Origin: Vicugna vicugna
Lineage: Eukaryota
Reading direction: 5' to 3'
Assembly: GCA_013265495.1 (NCBI GenBank)
Contig: MU058687.1
Span: forward strand, 4,710,093 to 4,774,092
DNA: 64,000 bases
In this document: in pieces, positions 36,641 through 49,667 of the stretch
Layout: every line of letters begins with the position of its first letter
How positions within the stretch are numbered: the stretch's first letter is position 1
Program-made: the position numbers and the translations under genes
Notes under the pieces: generated by a model
Seen by the model: the letters and a program-made list of their open reading frames with translations, nothing else
What the model was told of the DNA's origin: nothing
Database searches by the model: none

Positions 36641-39459
36641 GTTCCTGGGCTGTTTGTGTCTTTGCAGTAACGTGAGTGCTGGGTAGAGGAGGAATGAAAA
36701 GATGAGGCAGAATGGAAAGGGTGAGGGGTTGGGGAAGGAGGAGAGAAGGAGAGAAAGGAATAGACTTACAGAGGTAGGTTAGATCAAAAGCAGGCATCGA
36801 GGGGTGATCTGCACTGCACACCAGGGCTTCCACTGTGGCAACTAATCTCTACCCAGCAGGAGAGGCAGAAATAAGCAGCATGTGTAAGATATTCACCCCT
36901 GCTCCCATTCCATCATGGATATGACCACAGTGATTACAGTAGACATAGTTGACAGGAGCAATGACAGCCCCCCTGTGACATCCGCACAGCCATATGGCAC
37001 CACCGTCACCGTCACCATCCCCCGCAGCCCCCTCGCTGGAGATCTGGCTTCCCTTCCGCTGGTCTGCATGGCCGGACATCAGAGCTTGGCCGATGTGGTT
37101 CTGCAGAAGAGTGCAGTAGAACTCCCTCCCACGGAGGCATTTTCTTGACATTTTGACATTTGCTCTGAGAAAGGTAAAAGGCTGGCCAAGGGCCCAATCG
37201 TCAGGCCCATCAGAATCAAACTATATTTTCTGAGCGGCTGTCGATAGAGTGTGCATGAGATTATTATTGTTTGCCAACGCTCTATTGATCTTGGCTTTGT
37301 GAAGCTCAAAGTCTGTTTACAGCCACCTATAAAAATGAACGGCCACTTCTTGTACTGAAGGTTAACATGGTGTGTTTATTTAATTGAATGGAAATGGCTT
37401 TGTGTTTTCCAAATGTCATTGTTAATAAATTGTCAAAGGAATCTGAGAGACTAGTACGTAGGGGCTGAGGATAGGAGGGTGGCTGTTAGGGGTGGGGGTG
37501 GGGGCTGGCTGGGTTTGGAGTTGCTAGAGGCAAGAGATAGAAGACAAAAGCGTAGATAAGATATTGGAATAACTTTCCTGCCCTGAGACGTGCTATAAAC
37601 AATCCTTGCTCTATATTAGTGTTGTTTTTTAAACTTGTCAGCTGATAGTAAGGATTCTACCCCGAGTGGTTTATTCTTTTGCTGGCTTCTGTTTTTGTTT
37701 GTTCCTTTGGATTTCTCTCAAAGTGTTTAAGGTGACACTGAGCGTTTTAGCTTTTCGTGAGTCTTGGAGTTTGGAGTTTTCTGCTATCATTTGATTTTTT
37801 TTTTCTGCTTCCCTAAAAGATTTGACAGAAATGGCTGGAATTAGGAATCCTGTCAGATAGAGGCAGACACTGGCAATTCCATTGACCTGCTTTTTAAGAG
37901 ATGTTTCAGTTGACTGGAGGGGAGATGCAAACAGCCTTTGCCAAAGTGACTGGAAGGGCTGAGAACAATCTTGGGAAACTGTGCAAGTCTGTCTGGGTCT
38001 CCAGGATATGAGATGAAAAGCAGAAATTTCAGCCAGCCAGTGAAATGTTTCTAATGGAAGTAGTGGAATAATTCACTCAGATTTTTTTTTTTGAAACTTT
38101 CCCCAGGAGGCTTGGTTCTATAAGGTGAACATCATTGGCAATTTCTATTTTCATTTTTTTGTTTTTAACCCATTCTGTCTCAGTCTCCTTGGCAAAGAAA
38201 AAACAAACAAACAAACCAAACCAAACCAAACTGTTATTCCTGAAACATACATGTACATCAGTGGTGTTTAAACAACAACAACAAAAAGACTGTTGCTGTC
38301 TCAAAGCAGCCAGTCTATTCAAGGAATTGCTCAACTCCTCTGAGGGGACCAGCCACTGTGCCAAGTGTTAGAGCAGGAAAGAAAAGTAAGATCAGGCTCT
38401 CTACCCAAGGATTCTATGGCTGCGTGTGTGGGCGGTGGGTGGCATAGGTGTCTATGTAAATACTTAACAATTTAAGAAGTATTTTGATAGACGTCCTCTA
38501 AAAGTATAACAGGAGTGCCTGACTGACTCTGAGATGTTGCTTTCACATCTGGTGATGGGGGAACATCCTTGTCCCCATTCTCTCCTTCACCTCCACATTT
38601 AACCTTGATTAAAGTCTGATTTCAAATAATCAGGCCAGCTATTTGAGCAGGCGCCTTTAAGAGCCGGACAGACGATGTAGTTGTCAAGCATTTAGGGGAA
38701 GGCTACTCCTCCAGCTTATTTGCGTATCTCAGGTGTTCTTTTTCTTCTCTTCAGTATGCACACAAAATCAACTGGTGCGCACGGGTTAGAAACATGCCGT
38801 ACGTTCCTTTTCTCTCTAGTGGCACAAAATGTGGGAAATGAGAAGTAAGCAAGACTGAGAATTAGAATCACAAGATAGGTTTTGTCAGCACAAATTCTAT
38901 ACCTGCAAATCTTCTTCATCCTGAGTTTGAAACAGATCTATAAAATCCCATATGAAAAGAAATACAATGGGAATTAATGAGGATCAGGTGACGAGAGTGG
39001 GCAGATGTGTTCTTGAAGGGAACGCTCTAAATGCGGGACATTATCTTCCATCAGTTAATTTTGCTCTTGGTAGATGGTTGGATTATTAAGAAAGTCTTGT
39101 GAGGCAAGTGGGTTTTAGTGATCTCTAGGAAGATGTTACTGATATTAAATTAAATTAGGGCTGTGCATTGCGGAGCCCCCACCAGATGTACGCCCTCTGG
39201 CAAGGGTCTTTATTACCATATGCAGCCTAGTTAGAGGTGACATGGAATCACAGAATTTGATATTTTTTTCCTTCAAAGTTAGGCAAATGGAGATGAGCTC
39301 TTTTGGTGTATCTGAGATGCCAGGTGCTACTTTTTTTGAGAATTTGATTTGAGGATGGCACAGATCCAGGGAAATGGGTTTGATCCCTCTATGGATAGGG
39401 CAACCTCCTTTGTCTATTTAACAACAGGGCTCCCTTGTCTGCCTCATAATATCTGACAA

Positions 39460-39620
39460 AGCAACAGTATGGAGTCATGATTTAGACTGTTGCCTTGGGA
39501 GGGAGATTTTTCTGTGTTTGAATCATTAGCTTCGTGACCTTCACCAAATTATTTAACCTGTTTAAGCATTAGCTTCCTCATCTATAAAATACGAGTAACA
39601 GGATTTCTTTGAAGGAACCA
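39460..39620 (+). mobile_element. MIR fragment
   Basis: gtgacctt...aaattatttaacct...ttcctcatctataaaat. Confidence 0.75.
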
Positions 39621-42094
39621 TGTATAGATGAAGTATACACACCACCCAGTACAGTTACTAAACTGAATATTTCAAAAGACATTATCCCAGAAATTCCTGT
39701 GCGTGAAGTTGTCACTGTGACAGCCAAGTTCCAAGAGCCATAGATTAACGTTCTAAGCGGTTTGCAGATGCACGTGTTACCAAGCCCAAACTTGTTCTGC
39801 TCGCCGCATTACAGGGCAATAAATTGGGAGACGAGGTGTAGGGGAGAGGGTGGGGTTTATTGTTGCAAACTTCTTGGTGTTGAAATTCTTTGTTCTTGCA
39901 GTGGTCCACATAGGTCAGGTCATAATGTTCTGTAAACTTCCAACAAGACAAATGATATTCTCTGTTCTGCAATTTTTTTTATCTTTATATGAATGGAAAA
40001 GTGTTATGCCCTTAAAGGTCAGATCCTTGAGAATGGGCTCTCCTGTATTTTCAGACTATAGGCAACATTGTTTTACAAAAGGTGTGGAACCAGCACGACT
40101 AAGCACAGAAAACAGAGCACAGGGTTAGAGCCAAAGTGAACAGAGCTAATAAGGAGTCAGGCTGTTTACACATGGACCTCTTCATAAGGGCTGCTAGTCA
40201 TTGACTTACAGGTTGCTCAGTGCAGGTTCCTTATCCTCTCTTGAAGAAGTAACCAGAAAACACCTTATTTATACTGAAAGAATTGACTGTCTTTCCTTAG
40301 AAGAACAATTAGTTCTTGAGCCAGGGAACTTCAGTGCCACACAAGAAAAACTGTCTTGGGTACAATATCCTTGGGGAGATAAAGAGTTTTAAAATCCTGA
40401 TATTAAAAATTAAAGTTATAATGTATTTAGGTTCTATATATTCTATATTCTATAAGTTCTGTATTTCTGCAACACTCTTTTCTTGTCTGAAATAAGTACA
40501 GTTGCTTCAGTATTAAACCTTTCTCATTCAGGATGTAAACCTTTTTTTCTTACCTAACTTTCATCATTTAATTGGATTTAAAAGATCCATCGGTATGCAC
40601 TAAAATTTTATTTTCAGAATTCTTCACCTAATGGCTAAAAAATAAGCCCTAATCTGATTTTCTGTGAAATTGACCTTAACAGCATAAACAGTACATGAGA
40701 GGGAAAATTCCACATTCTTACACCTGGGTTGACATGTAAGACCGCGACTGTGAAGCCACCATAGTGTCAGGGACAGGGTGTGTCCTGCTGGTGAGGATTT
40801 TGTTGTTCTGGAGTCTAAGCTGAGTCACGTCCGATGTGATGGGTGGTAGAGGTGGTACTTTGCGCTGTGTCACGGTTGACTTCCCGCTTGTTGAGGAAAG
40901 ACTCACTTGCCTGAACAATTAACAGGTTAATTTGTACAAACTGTGTTTGCACAGTGGATTCTTACTTCTGGGCTTCCCATGTGACCAGCCTAGACCCAAG
41001 GTGAAAGGCTGGCCTGCAGCTGTGACAAAGAAGGGAGAACCTCCTGAATCATAAAGGTCAAACATCTGCCCAGATTTCTTTCTCTTTCTTCACTTTTTCT
41101 GGTTGCTTAAAGTAAGAAAGAAACAAAAAACACCTCTATTGCCTACATGTCCTTAGTACAGAGAAGTCATCAGCGATATTTCGTTCTGTTGGTTGGATGG
41201 AGAATTCTCTGCTCATTGCAGTGGGGAGGCACCCTAAGTACCACACGACCGTCTCCAGTGAGAAGTCTGTGATGTTTGAAACTTAAAGTGAATCTTTTAA
41301 ATCATTTCTCTAGAAATGGCTATATAAAGAGGTATTTTTTGTTCATTATTGATTAGCTCACCCCTCCCCTGCTGTTTTTTTTATTTATGATTATTTACAT
41401 GCATGCAATACTCGATCTTTTCAGGAACCCATACGATTCAGCTGCTCTTATTTATTAGAATAATGTTAATCTGCAGACACATATTATCTTCTCCAGAAGA
41501 TGACCCAATTGCTCTGTAACCTCTCCCCCAGCTCCGAAGTCACTGACCTGACTGTGGTGTTCAGAGTACTTACAGATTGGGTCGTCTGGGTCTCACCCCC
41601 TTTCTTAGAATGGGAGCTGGAGACATAGTTGAATGGATGACTTCAGACTGCATTCACAACCTGTAAGCTGAAGAAGAGTCCACTTTTAAAAAATCTTCCT
41701 ATTTTGCAAATGAAGGAACCAAGGTACCAGATGGTAAATACCTACTTACAGTAGCAGTCTGAGGAGAGAATGCCTGACTCTAGCCCTCTGCCATTAATTT
41801 GCAAATTTCTATAGCCTTTTGTCAGAAAATTGGTTAATTATAGAACTATTCTTCAGCAGAGAATTGGCCTATATGATGTCCCACAGTTTTTTTCCTTAGG
41901 ATCCTACTGTTGGTGTTTGTTAAAATAAAAACGTTATAACGTAACATAGGGAGAATATTGATTGCTGGCTCTATGTTAACCCCAAATGAAACCATTTAAA
42001 AGACTATCTCTGCATTAATCTAGCTGCTCTCCATTTAATCAATGCCATATAACAATTAGTACAAGTTAAAATTTTCACTTGTAGAATTTACAAA

Positions 42095-42390
42095 TAATAA
42101 TGGATGATAGATCAAGATTAAAACTGATATTGACAGCCTAGATAAAGACATGAAAGCCATCAGAATAAACCTTAAAAGAAGTAAATGTAAAATCCTGTAT
42201 TTGAGTTAAATCAATTTTGCAAGTACTGGATATAGGAGATCTGGCTTGACAGGAAGTTACTTATTGTGAAACAAGATCTGAAGGTTTTAATTGTTCATAA
42301 GGCTAAAATGAACCAGCTATACTAAATAAAAAGAAAGAGGAAAAAATAAATTAAGAAAACCTACACAGCCTTAGTTTCTGTTAATAGACT
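42095..42390 (+). mobile_element. L3/CR1 LINE fragment (RT C-terminal region, decayed)
   Basis: taaatgtaaaatcctgtatttgag...caagtactggat..ggagatctggcttgacag...gatctgaaggttttaattg. Confidence 0.8.
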
Positions 42391-42462
42391 TTTAATCTAT
42401 ACTACATTATTGTTTCTCTTCAATGATTCTAGGGACAGCCTTTACCTGGCAGTGACTTTTTT

Positions 42463-42635
42463 GTGTGTATATATATATATATATATTTTTTTTTTAATTG
42501 AAGTATAGTCGGTTTACAATGTTGTCAGTTTCTGGTGTAAAGCATAATGCTTCAGTCATACATGGCCATACATATACTCATTTTCATATTCTTTTCAGCA
42601 TAAGTTACTACAAGATATTGATAGTTCCCTGTGCT
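42463..42635 (-). mobile_element. Young L1 3' end (camelid/cetartiodactyl type) with (TA)n in its tail, inserted in L2
   Basis: ttttaattgaagtatagtcggtttacaatgttg...tcagtcatacat...ttttcatattctt...gttactacaagatattga..tagttccctgtgct. Confidence 0.9.
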
Positions 42636-42639
42636 GTGG

Positions 42640-43190
42640 ACTTCTTAATGGCATCTTTGCGTCTCTCCTCCCTACTCCAATCTGTTCTTTGCATGTACCA
42701 GTTTTATCACTGAACTAGACCTGGTGATATCATTCCCAAGCAAATAAGCCATCAGTGGTTCTCAATGATTACACGATTGATTATTCCCTGAGGAATGGGA
42801 CCCTTTATTATAATTTCTAATCTTAGCAACTTTTCGTCATTTTTGCAGATAGCACCTACCATTTCTAAAGATGTGTCTTACACTCAGCTTAATCACTTTG
42901 AACCACAATATCTTGAAATCGCCTTGTATTTTCATATTTCCAGACTTTTGCTCAGGATCTTCCTTTTATGTTACATATATTTTCCCATGTCACGTTTGAT
43001 CAGCCACTGTCACTGACCGATGAGGTTCAAGTGTCTTCTCTTCAGTGAAGACTTCCTGATAGCCTCCCACCCCCACTCTAGGAGAAACCCGTCCCCCCTT
43101 TGTGCTGCACACATGCCTCCAGCTCAGTGTGTAAGGTGCTATTAGTCTTGTCTCAGCTGATTAGAACTGTCTGTGTTTGTTTCCATCTTC
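42640..43190 (+). mobile_element. L2 fragment
   Basis: ctccaatctgttct...tcagtggttctc...ttcaagtgtc..ctcttcagtgaagacttcctga. Confidence 0.65.
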
Positions 43191-44571
43191 TTTCGTTGAA
43201 TAGATCTCATAAATTGTGTTCGAGTACTAACCCTGAAAACATCCCAAATCTGAAAGAATAATATACAAGGACATTTTGCCTCTCCCACCCTACTTTCCAA
43301 TCACACACATTATTTAATGGTTTGGGTTAACATCTGTAACATCCTAAAGTGTGCTGAAAGATTTGCTTTTCTATTCTCAGAAGCAAGGTTTTCGCGAAGA
43401 GACTGAAAGTTCTATACTGTGATCTTTCGCTTCAAGGATACAAATTTAAAGATCATAAGGTCTTTCTGTCATGGTTTTGAATGTCAGTCTGCTTTGTCCA
43501 GTGGGATTCTTGAGTCCTTTGTGTTTGGTACCCTTTACTGAGATACAAAGACATATAATCCCAGTGACTGAGTTTTCAAACTGCAGTATATTGGGAAAAA
43601 ACAATGTGGACTGAAGTTGAGAGGACTGTCAGAAGACGTGTCTCATAGATGCTGGAATAATTCTCCTTTAGCCATTCACTTTCATCTTAATTTAGAGTCT
43701 TATATTTCTTGTTACCATTTGCTGTTCCCCTGGCACCTAATAATGCAATCTCCACAATGCAGTGTTCTGTTCCAAATTTATAGTGCAGTAAATGAAAGAG
43801 GTTGGAGCTCTTGTCCTTCATAATTCAGAGGAAAGAAAAGTCAAAGGGAAGAAATGCTGGTATTCTTTGAAATGCCACATATTTAGTAATTGAAACATCT
43901 TGAAGAATTTCCAATTTTTCTCCAAAGGAAAAATTCGGGGTTTTTTTTTTGGTTTTTTTGTTTTGGTTTTTTTGTTTTTCTGTAAAGGAATTGACCGTGA
44001 CAGGGTTGAGGAATACTAACAAGAAAAGGAAGACTGTGGGGACACCCCGGTTGCTTGGAGAGCAGGCATACGCCACAAGGAGAGCTGTAACCTCTCTCGG
44101 GTCCCAGTACTTGAAGTGAGAAGCAGAAGGGCTGTCCGGAGGATTTTGTGTGCGGGGTCTTTCCCTTCCATTCCTCTGACTGCTGTCATTCTCTCGGTCT
44201 GAATGCATGGGTAGGTCTTTATAATGTCTCCTGTATCACATTGATTTTTAAAAAAATAGAAATAAGTAGCACTGGGACACAAATTCTCCTTTACTTACAC
44301 TCCAGATTTAAAAAAAAAAAACTTACCATTTTGAAGTGCCTGTTTTCTATATTTACGGTATCTAATATATGGTAAATTAATTGAAGGAGGATATGAAGGC
44401 CTAGGTGTTATAAACTTTTTAATACATGGTAGGTAACCTTTCATGCAGGATAATGCCAGCCCATTTAGATGTTTATTATTTTTCATTCATTATATCCGAT
44501 CTACAGAGGTCTAGCTGAAATTTCATTCAATGTAGCATAACCCCTGCTTAGTTTGGAAATGTTCAAACTAA

Positions 44572-45075
44572 CAAGATATATATGTCAGAGATATCATGGG
44601 TTCAGTTCTAGACCAGTTCAATAATGAGAATATCAAAATAAAGAGAGTCAAAATAAAGAGAGTCACAGGAAATTTTTGGTTTTCCAGTGCATACAAGAAC
44701 TAGGTTTCCACCATACTATAGTTATTAAGTGTGCAATAGCATTATATCTAAGAAAACAATGCACATATCTTAATTTAAAAATATTTTATTGCTGAAAAGT
44801 TCTAACCATGATCTGAGCCTTCAGCATGTTATCATAGTCACATCAAAGATCACTGATCACAGATCACTGTAACAATAATAATAATAATAAAAGTTTGAAG
44901 TATTGCAAGAATTACCAAAATGGGACACAGAGACATGAAATGAGCAAATGTTACTGGAAAAAATGGCGCCAACAGACTGGCTAGACACAGGGCTGCCAGA
45001 AGCCTTTTATTTGTAAAAACGTGCTCTCTGCAAAGTGCAATAAAACGAAGCGTAATAAAGTGAGATAGGCCTGTA
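44572..45075 (-). mobile_element. Tigger1 internal-deletion derivative (~500 bp, TcMar; Tigger1a-like)
   Basis: Both Tigger1 ends (gagatatc..gggttcagttctagacc...tctgagccttcagc and catcaaagatcactgatcacagatcac...aaaaatggcgcc...ggcctg|ta) joined directly, no transposase. Confidence 0.9.
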
Positions 45076-45129
45076 ATTATCTCATTTGAGATGGTTCCTT
45101 GGTAGAGAAAACAAAGAAGATAGACTCCA

Positions 45130-45290
45130 GTTTTTTAGAATGCAGAGGGCTGAGATCACCAGGATCACCTGAGGAAATTCCAGATGTCTTGTCCTCACCC
45201 CAGACCTACTGAAAGAGGATCCCTGAGGACGAGCACCCGGGAATCTGCATTTTACAATTTCTCCAGACCATTTGGATGCACACTGGAGGA
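45130..45290. mobile_element. MER5A MITE
   Basis: atcacctg...caccccagacctactgaa...cccgggaatctgcattttacaa...gatgcacactg. Confidence 0.8.
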
Positions 45291-45849
45291 TCCGTATCAA
45301 TGTAAGACAGCACTAACCAAACATGACTCAACTCCTGGCCAGATCTGTAGGCAGTAATACCTAGAAGCAATAACATTTTCTGAAACAAAACAAGTGGCAT
45401 ATGACACTGTGAAATCTCTGGCACTGGCTATCCAGCATCCACATGTGCCCCACTTACTTCTAGATTAGAAAATAAAAAATGGTATTCTGCTCAGTGGCAG
45501 CCCTGACCACAGGTGCACAATTTGGAAAAATGAGACCAATTCTATAAAAAAAAATCAAGCTGAAATCAAAGAAGTTTAATAAAAATGTAAATCCCTCTGC
45601 AACTGGCCGCATGTTTTCCATCTCTTAATGAGCACCTGTCACCTAGTGACTAATGACCAGGCCTCTGAGAGTGAGCCAGGCAAGCAGAAAGGCCCATGGC
45701 CGGAGACCCTGTTAGGTATTTTAAGATGAACAATCCATCTAACAAATAAAAATTCATGTCAGTAATGCGGGTATAATAGTATAATCTTTTCAAGAGAAAC
45801 AATATGCAAATGAATCACAAAGCAAGAAGAGCAGAAGGCTCTTCGCTGC

Positions 45850-46258
45850 TGCCTTGGGTCCAGTTTCCCAGAAACAGACTCTGAGAGGGAGATTGTGTGT
45901 GGAAGGTTTACTGGGGAGGGTGCTGTGAAGCGATTCCTGAATGGGAGTGAGGAAGCAGGCATGGGGAGAGGGGTAAGCTGGACTGAGATGCGGGTACAAA
46001 TACAGCCTCAGCCAGCCCCACAGCTAACTCTGGACTTAGGCTGGTCCTTGTCAAATGTCCCAAATTGAGCCGAGGGAGCTGCGTCGCTGTGTCCTGCATC
46101 CTCATCTTTCCAGCCAGGCCCAGGCACTGCGTGACTGAGGACAGGTCTGGAGAGGGGCGGAACGATGAGCTGTGAGCAGCCAACACCCCAGTAGCTGCGG
46201 GGATGAGCACCCAGTCTAGAAGGAGGAATCCAGTAGCACGTCCCCTGCAGCTCTGTCT
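45850..46258 (-). mobile_element. ERVL solo LTR (LTR16A-like)
   Basis: ttcccagaaacagactctgaga...gggagtgaggaagcagg...gcctcagcc...tgtcccaaattgag...gcagccaacacccc. Confidence 0.8.
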
Positions 46259-47649
46259 GACTCAAGGCCAGAAATGCTGGCGCTCAGAGCCACAGCCGCC
46301 TTCTGATCTTCCCCAGTCTGCTGAATGCCCCTGACAGTCCACTGAAGTGATAATGTTAAGGAAGAAGATGATTAGAAGTAATTTGCTGAGGGACCAGGTT
46401 TGCATTCTGAGCTGTCAGCACGTAATGAAGCAAGAATGTCGATCGACAGGTGAATCAAAGTCGGGGCAGAAGGAAGGGAGGAGGAAATTTGCTCCAAAAA
46501 AAGCAATTGCTTTAATTGAGCCTTGTGATGAGATAAGTGGGGAAAGTTTGCAGCAGCCAGGGAGTGCTAAGGAGGAAAGAACTTTTGTGTGTGTGGCTGG
46601 TGGATTGGGACGTGGGAGGCCTGGTGGGACAGAATCTCCCTTGAAAAGTCAAGTCAGGAATCAAAGCCTCTTTCAAATAAACTCTTAACCTTCAAGTAAA
46701 GGATTTCCTGCCTTTATATCTGCCCTAACAGTGAATACTAATCGTTGATTGCCAAGTATGTGGGATGCTAAGAGATAAATATATTTAATTGTCCTATTAA
46801 AAAGGAAGAGAGACTGCCCTTGATAGAAGGAATGGGCCATGGATTTTTCTGCCTGATGCTCAGAATGACCTCTGACCACTGCCTCTGTGTGTCTGAAGTG
46901 ACCTATGACATCACTCAGAGCGGTGCTGCTTTTCTGTTGGGGCCACTGCTCCAGAAGGTCCTGTAACCAGGTCAAACTATTGAGATTATAAGCACATATG
47001 GAGTGAAAGGGCTTTTATAATAAAAGGCCATTTCTGTGACTGTGTTTGAAACTGATAAAAAATACTTCTTTCTGTCTTTGCTGTCTTCTTTGATATTTCT
47101 CTGTCTCTCATTTGTAAAAGACTCTATTTCTGGTCTTTGAATGCATCCCAGCCTCACTTCGGCAGTCCACAGTGACACGCTGAAAGGTGTAACAGAACTC
47201 CAGCTTTTCAGTGTTGGGGGGTGACGATCCATTTTCTAATTATAAACACTCCTGAGCTGTTGGTAAATATGTCAGACTGTTCATCTAGCTGCACATCCCT
47301 GGCTTGTTTCTATTTCAGGAATAATTTCTTTTTCCTCCTGCTTTCTCCCCTGTCTTTCAAAGCCCCCTATCTTGAAAGCCAAGGGGTTTTCCAGTACAGT
47401 GTGTATGCAAAAGCGATCTTCATCTCCTAGGAAAAGGCACAGATATTGTTTGTTTTATTGGACAAGCAGCATCTTAGAAAAGAGGAAAAATTGAAAGACA
47501 GTATCGTTTGGTTAGAATGCACACTTTTTCACAACAGTGAGGGTGGCAGTTACCACTATACCCATTGCTCTTAATTACTGATTGGGTTAAGTGTTCTCTA
47601 TTCTACTGAATAAATTACTTTAAAAATGTATTTTCTGTTCTCCACTCAG

Positions 47650-48170
47650 AAACAGCCTCAGCCTGATCTGTTATCTCCCTCCCAGGCTTTATTGCAATAC
47701 CTTTCAATCACTCACCTTGCCTTGCTCTTGGGCCCCTTTTGTCCATCCTACACACTGTCACCAAATTAAACTTTCTGATTTGCAGCCCTGATTGTAACTC
47801 TCCTTTATAAAATCTTTCAGTGTTTCTAGTAAAAAAGGGGAAAAAATATATATATACCATTTCTTCTTATGCATATTGTAAAATACACAAAGCCCTTCTG
47901 GGTCTGGGTCTAGCCTACCTCTGTTGGTCTTACCTCTTACCTCTTTGTTCTGTCCCCACTCACATCTCCACACTGTGCCCTTTGCCTTTCTTGCTCCAAA
48001 ACTTCTGAGTAGCTTATATGTTCTTTCCATTCACCACAGTGCTTCACACCTCAGTGCTTTTGTGCATGTGGTTCCCACTGTCTGGAACAATCCTCTAGAT
48101 GAATTGTGACACTTTAGGAAATATCTTTGTCCCAGCTTCAGACACGAATATCTCCCACAGTATTTCCCCA
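47650..48170 (+). mobile_element. L2 fragment
   Basis: tccatcctacacactg...aaatctttcagtg...gcctacctct...cacacctcagtgctttgtgcatgtggttcccactgtctggaa. Confidence 0.75.
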
Positions 48171-48559
48171 GGCTCTTTTAGGAATATTAAGGATTCACTT
48201 GCTAATTCTGAACTGTGGTTTCTAAAATAAAGCTTTATCTGAAAACCCATTAAGCCTCTAGTTTAAATACCCAGATAGTCTCAAAAATTGAATTTGCTCC
48301 ACCTTCACCGCAGTGTCTTCTCAGGGAATCAGTGTGGCTTGTTGTGTCAGACTGAAGCAGCATCATGTTGTCATGACCCAGCCATCTCTAGGACGAGAAG
48401 GAAGTGCAATTACTGAAAAAGCATGACCGAAGACTCACTTCAGAGAACAAAATTGAACTTGGAGTGGCTGCTAAACCACACAGATGATCCTGAAGTCAGT
48501 AATATGTAGATTTCAGGACTGATTTAATCATGTGTAGCTTTTGCTGGCAGCCAGGAGAA

Positions 48560-48725
48560 ACAGGAAGTCTCCTGACCTGGAAGTTTGGAGAACTGGGTAC
48601 TCACCTAGATCTGCCCCATACAGTCTGTGGGATCCCGGGGAGGTCATTGGAACTCCTTGAATCATGCTGTCTTCATATGTAAAATGATGTTTGGGGTTTA
48701 AATGTTTCTTTCCAATGTTCTGATT
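48560..48725 (+). mobile_element. MIR/MIR3 fragment
   Basis: ggagaactgggt..tctgcc..ctgtgg..ggtca..tcttcatatgtaaaatga. Confidence 0.55.
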
Positions 48726-48739
48726 AAATATCTATCAAT

Positions 48740-49105
48740 TGTACCCAGACAATGTTGGGGCTCCGCACCAGTCTTGGGATTTTTGTGGCTCCTTCAGCTT
48801 CAGCATGCTTTCTCTTATAATAGCCAGTATGTTTTTCACTTTTAGGAAAATTATCCTCAGTCAACTGCTCTCTTGCCTCTCCTTGGAAGACCTCTCAGGT
48901 GCACGAGACACGCCAGATCTCTGTTGCAGAATCAGGCTGCAGCGACCTCTGTGGTAGCTCCCCTGGGGCTGCACCCTGGTCTGGCTTCCTCTTTCCCTGC
49001 CCTGCTTCCCCTCCTGCCTTACTGGTTCCCCTGGGAGCGCTTCCTTATTAAGTCATTTGCACATGAATCATTGTCTCAAGGTCTCCTTAGACTCACCCTA
49101 AGAGC
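48740..49105 (+). mobile_element. ERVL solo LTR (LTR16-family)
   Basis: 3' part ccctgccctgcttccc...cctgggagcgcttcctta..aagtcatttgcacatgaatc..tgtctcaaggtct...cctaag. Confidence 0.7.

Positions 49106-49136
<31 letters not shown>
49106..49136. repeat. (TCTG)n(TCTA)n microsatellite
   Basis: Directly visible. Confidence 0.9.
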
Positions 49137-49667
49137 ATTGTCATCTACCTTTTTTGAGTTCATTAATAAACGTTTGGCTTGGGTTTGTGAGAGCCATTCT
49201 GGTTAGGGTAAAGAGGCAAAGAATGTGCTTTGCCCACTGAATTGTGCTTGACAATGATGGTTTCTGAAGTTGTTTCATTTAAAGAAATACCTATGAGAAA
49301 ACCCTCTTTATTAATGTATGGATTTCCTGTCACTGATGTTGGTCTCCCTATGAAGAGTTTGGACTAGATTTTTCAAGTTAGCACATGAAAACATCTGTTA
49401 CTGTTTCTAGGAGTTTCCTGAACAACTAACTGGGTAGAGAAGTAACAAGGGAGAGCTGTGAGTTTTCTGCCAGAATCTTCTAGCTTTTACCTCAAAAACT
49501 AGGGAAAAAAAGTATTTCTAATTAAATCTCCGTGGAATGTGAAACGAAAACTGGAATTTGAGCCAAGAGTACCTGAAAGAGCATTTCTGGAAAAGACATT
49601 GCTGGTGCCATCTGGGTATGTGTAGAGAGAACCAAAATGTCTAAGATAATGAAGATAAGTGTAATTG

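Noticed and set aside
39175..39205. CTCF-like motifs (ccaccagatg / gccctctggca)
   Set aside because: Both deviate from the core consensus; cannot be supported without PWM scoring
45850..49105. Two LTR16-family LTRs about 2.5 kb apart, possibly a provirus
   Set aside because: Opposite orientations, with L2 and MIR rather than ERV internal sequence between them
49242..49251. ttgtgcttga, matching the 5' end of miR-218
   Set aside because: Only 10 nt match and no hairpin
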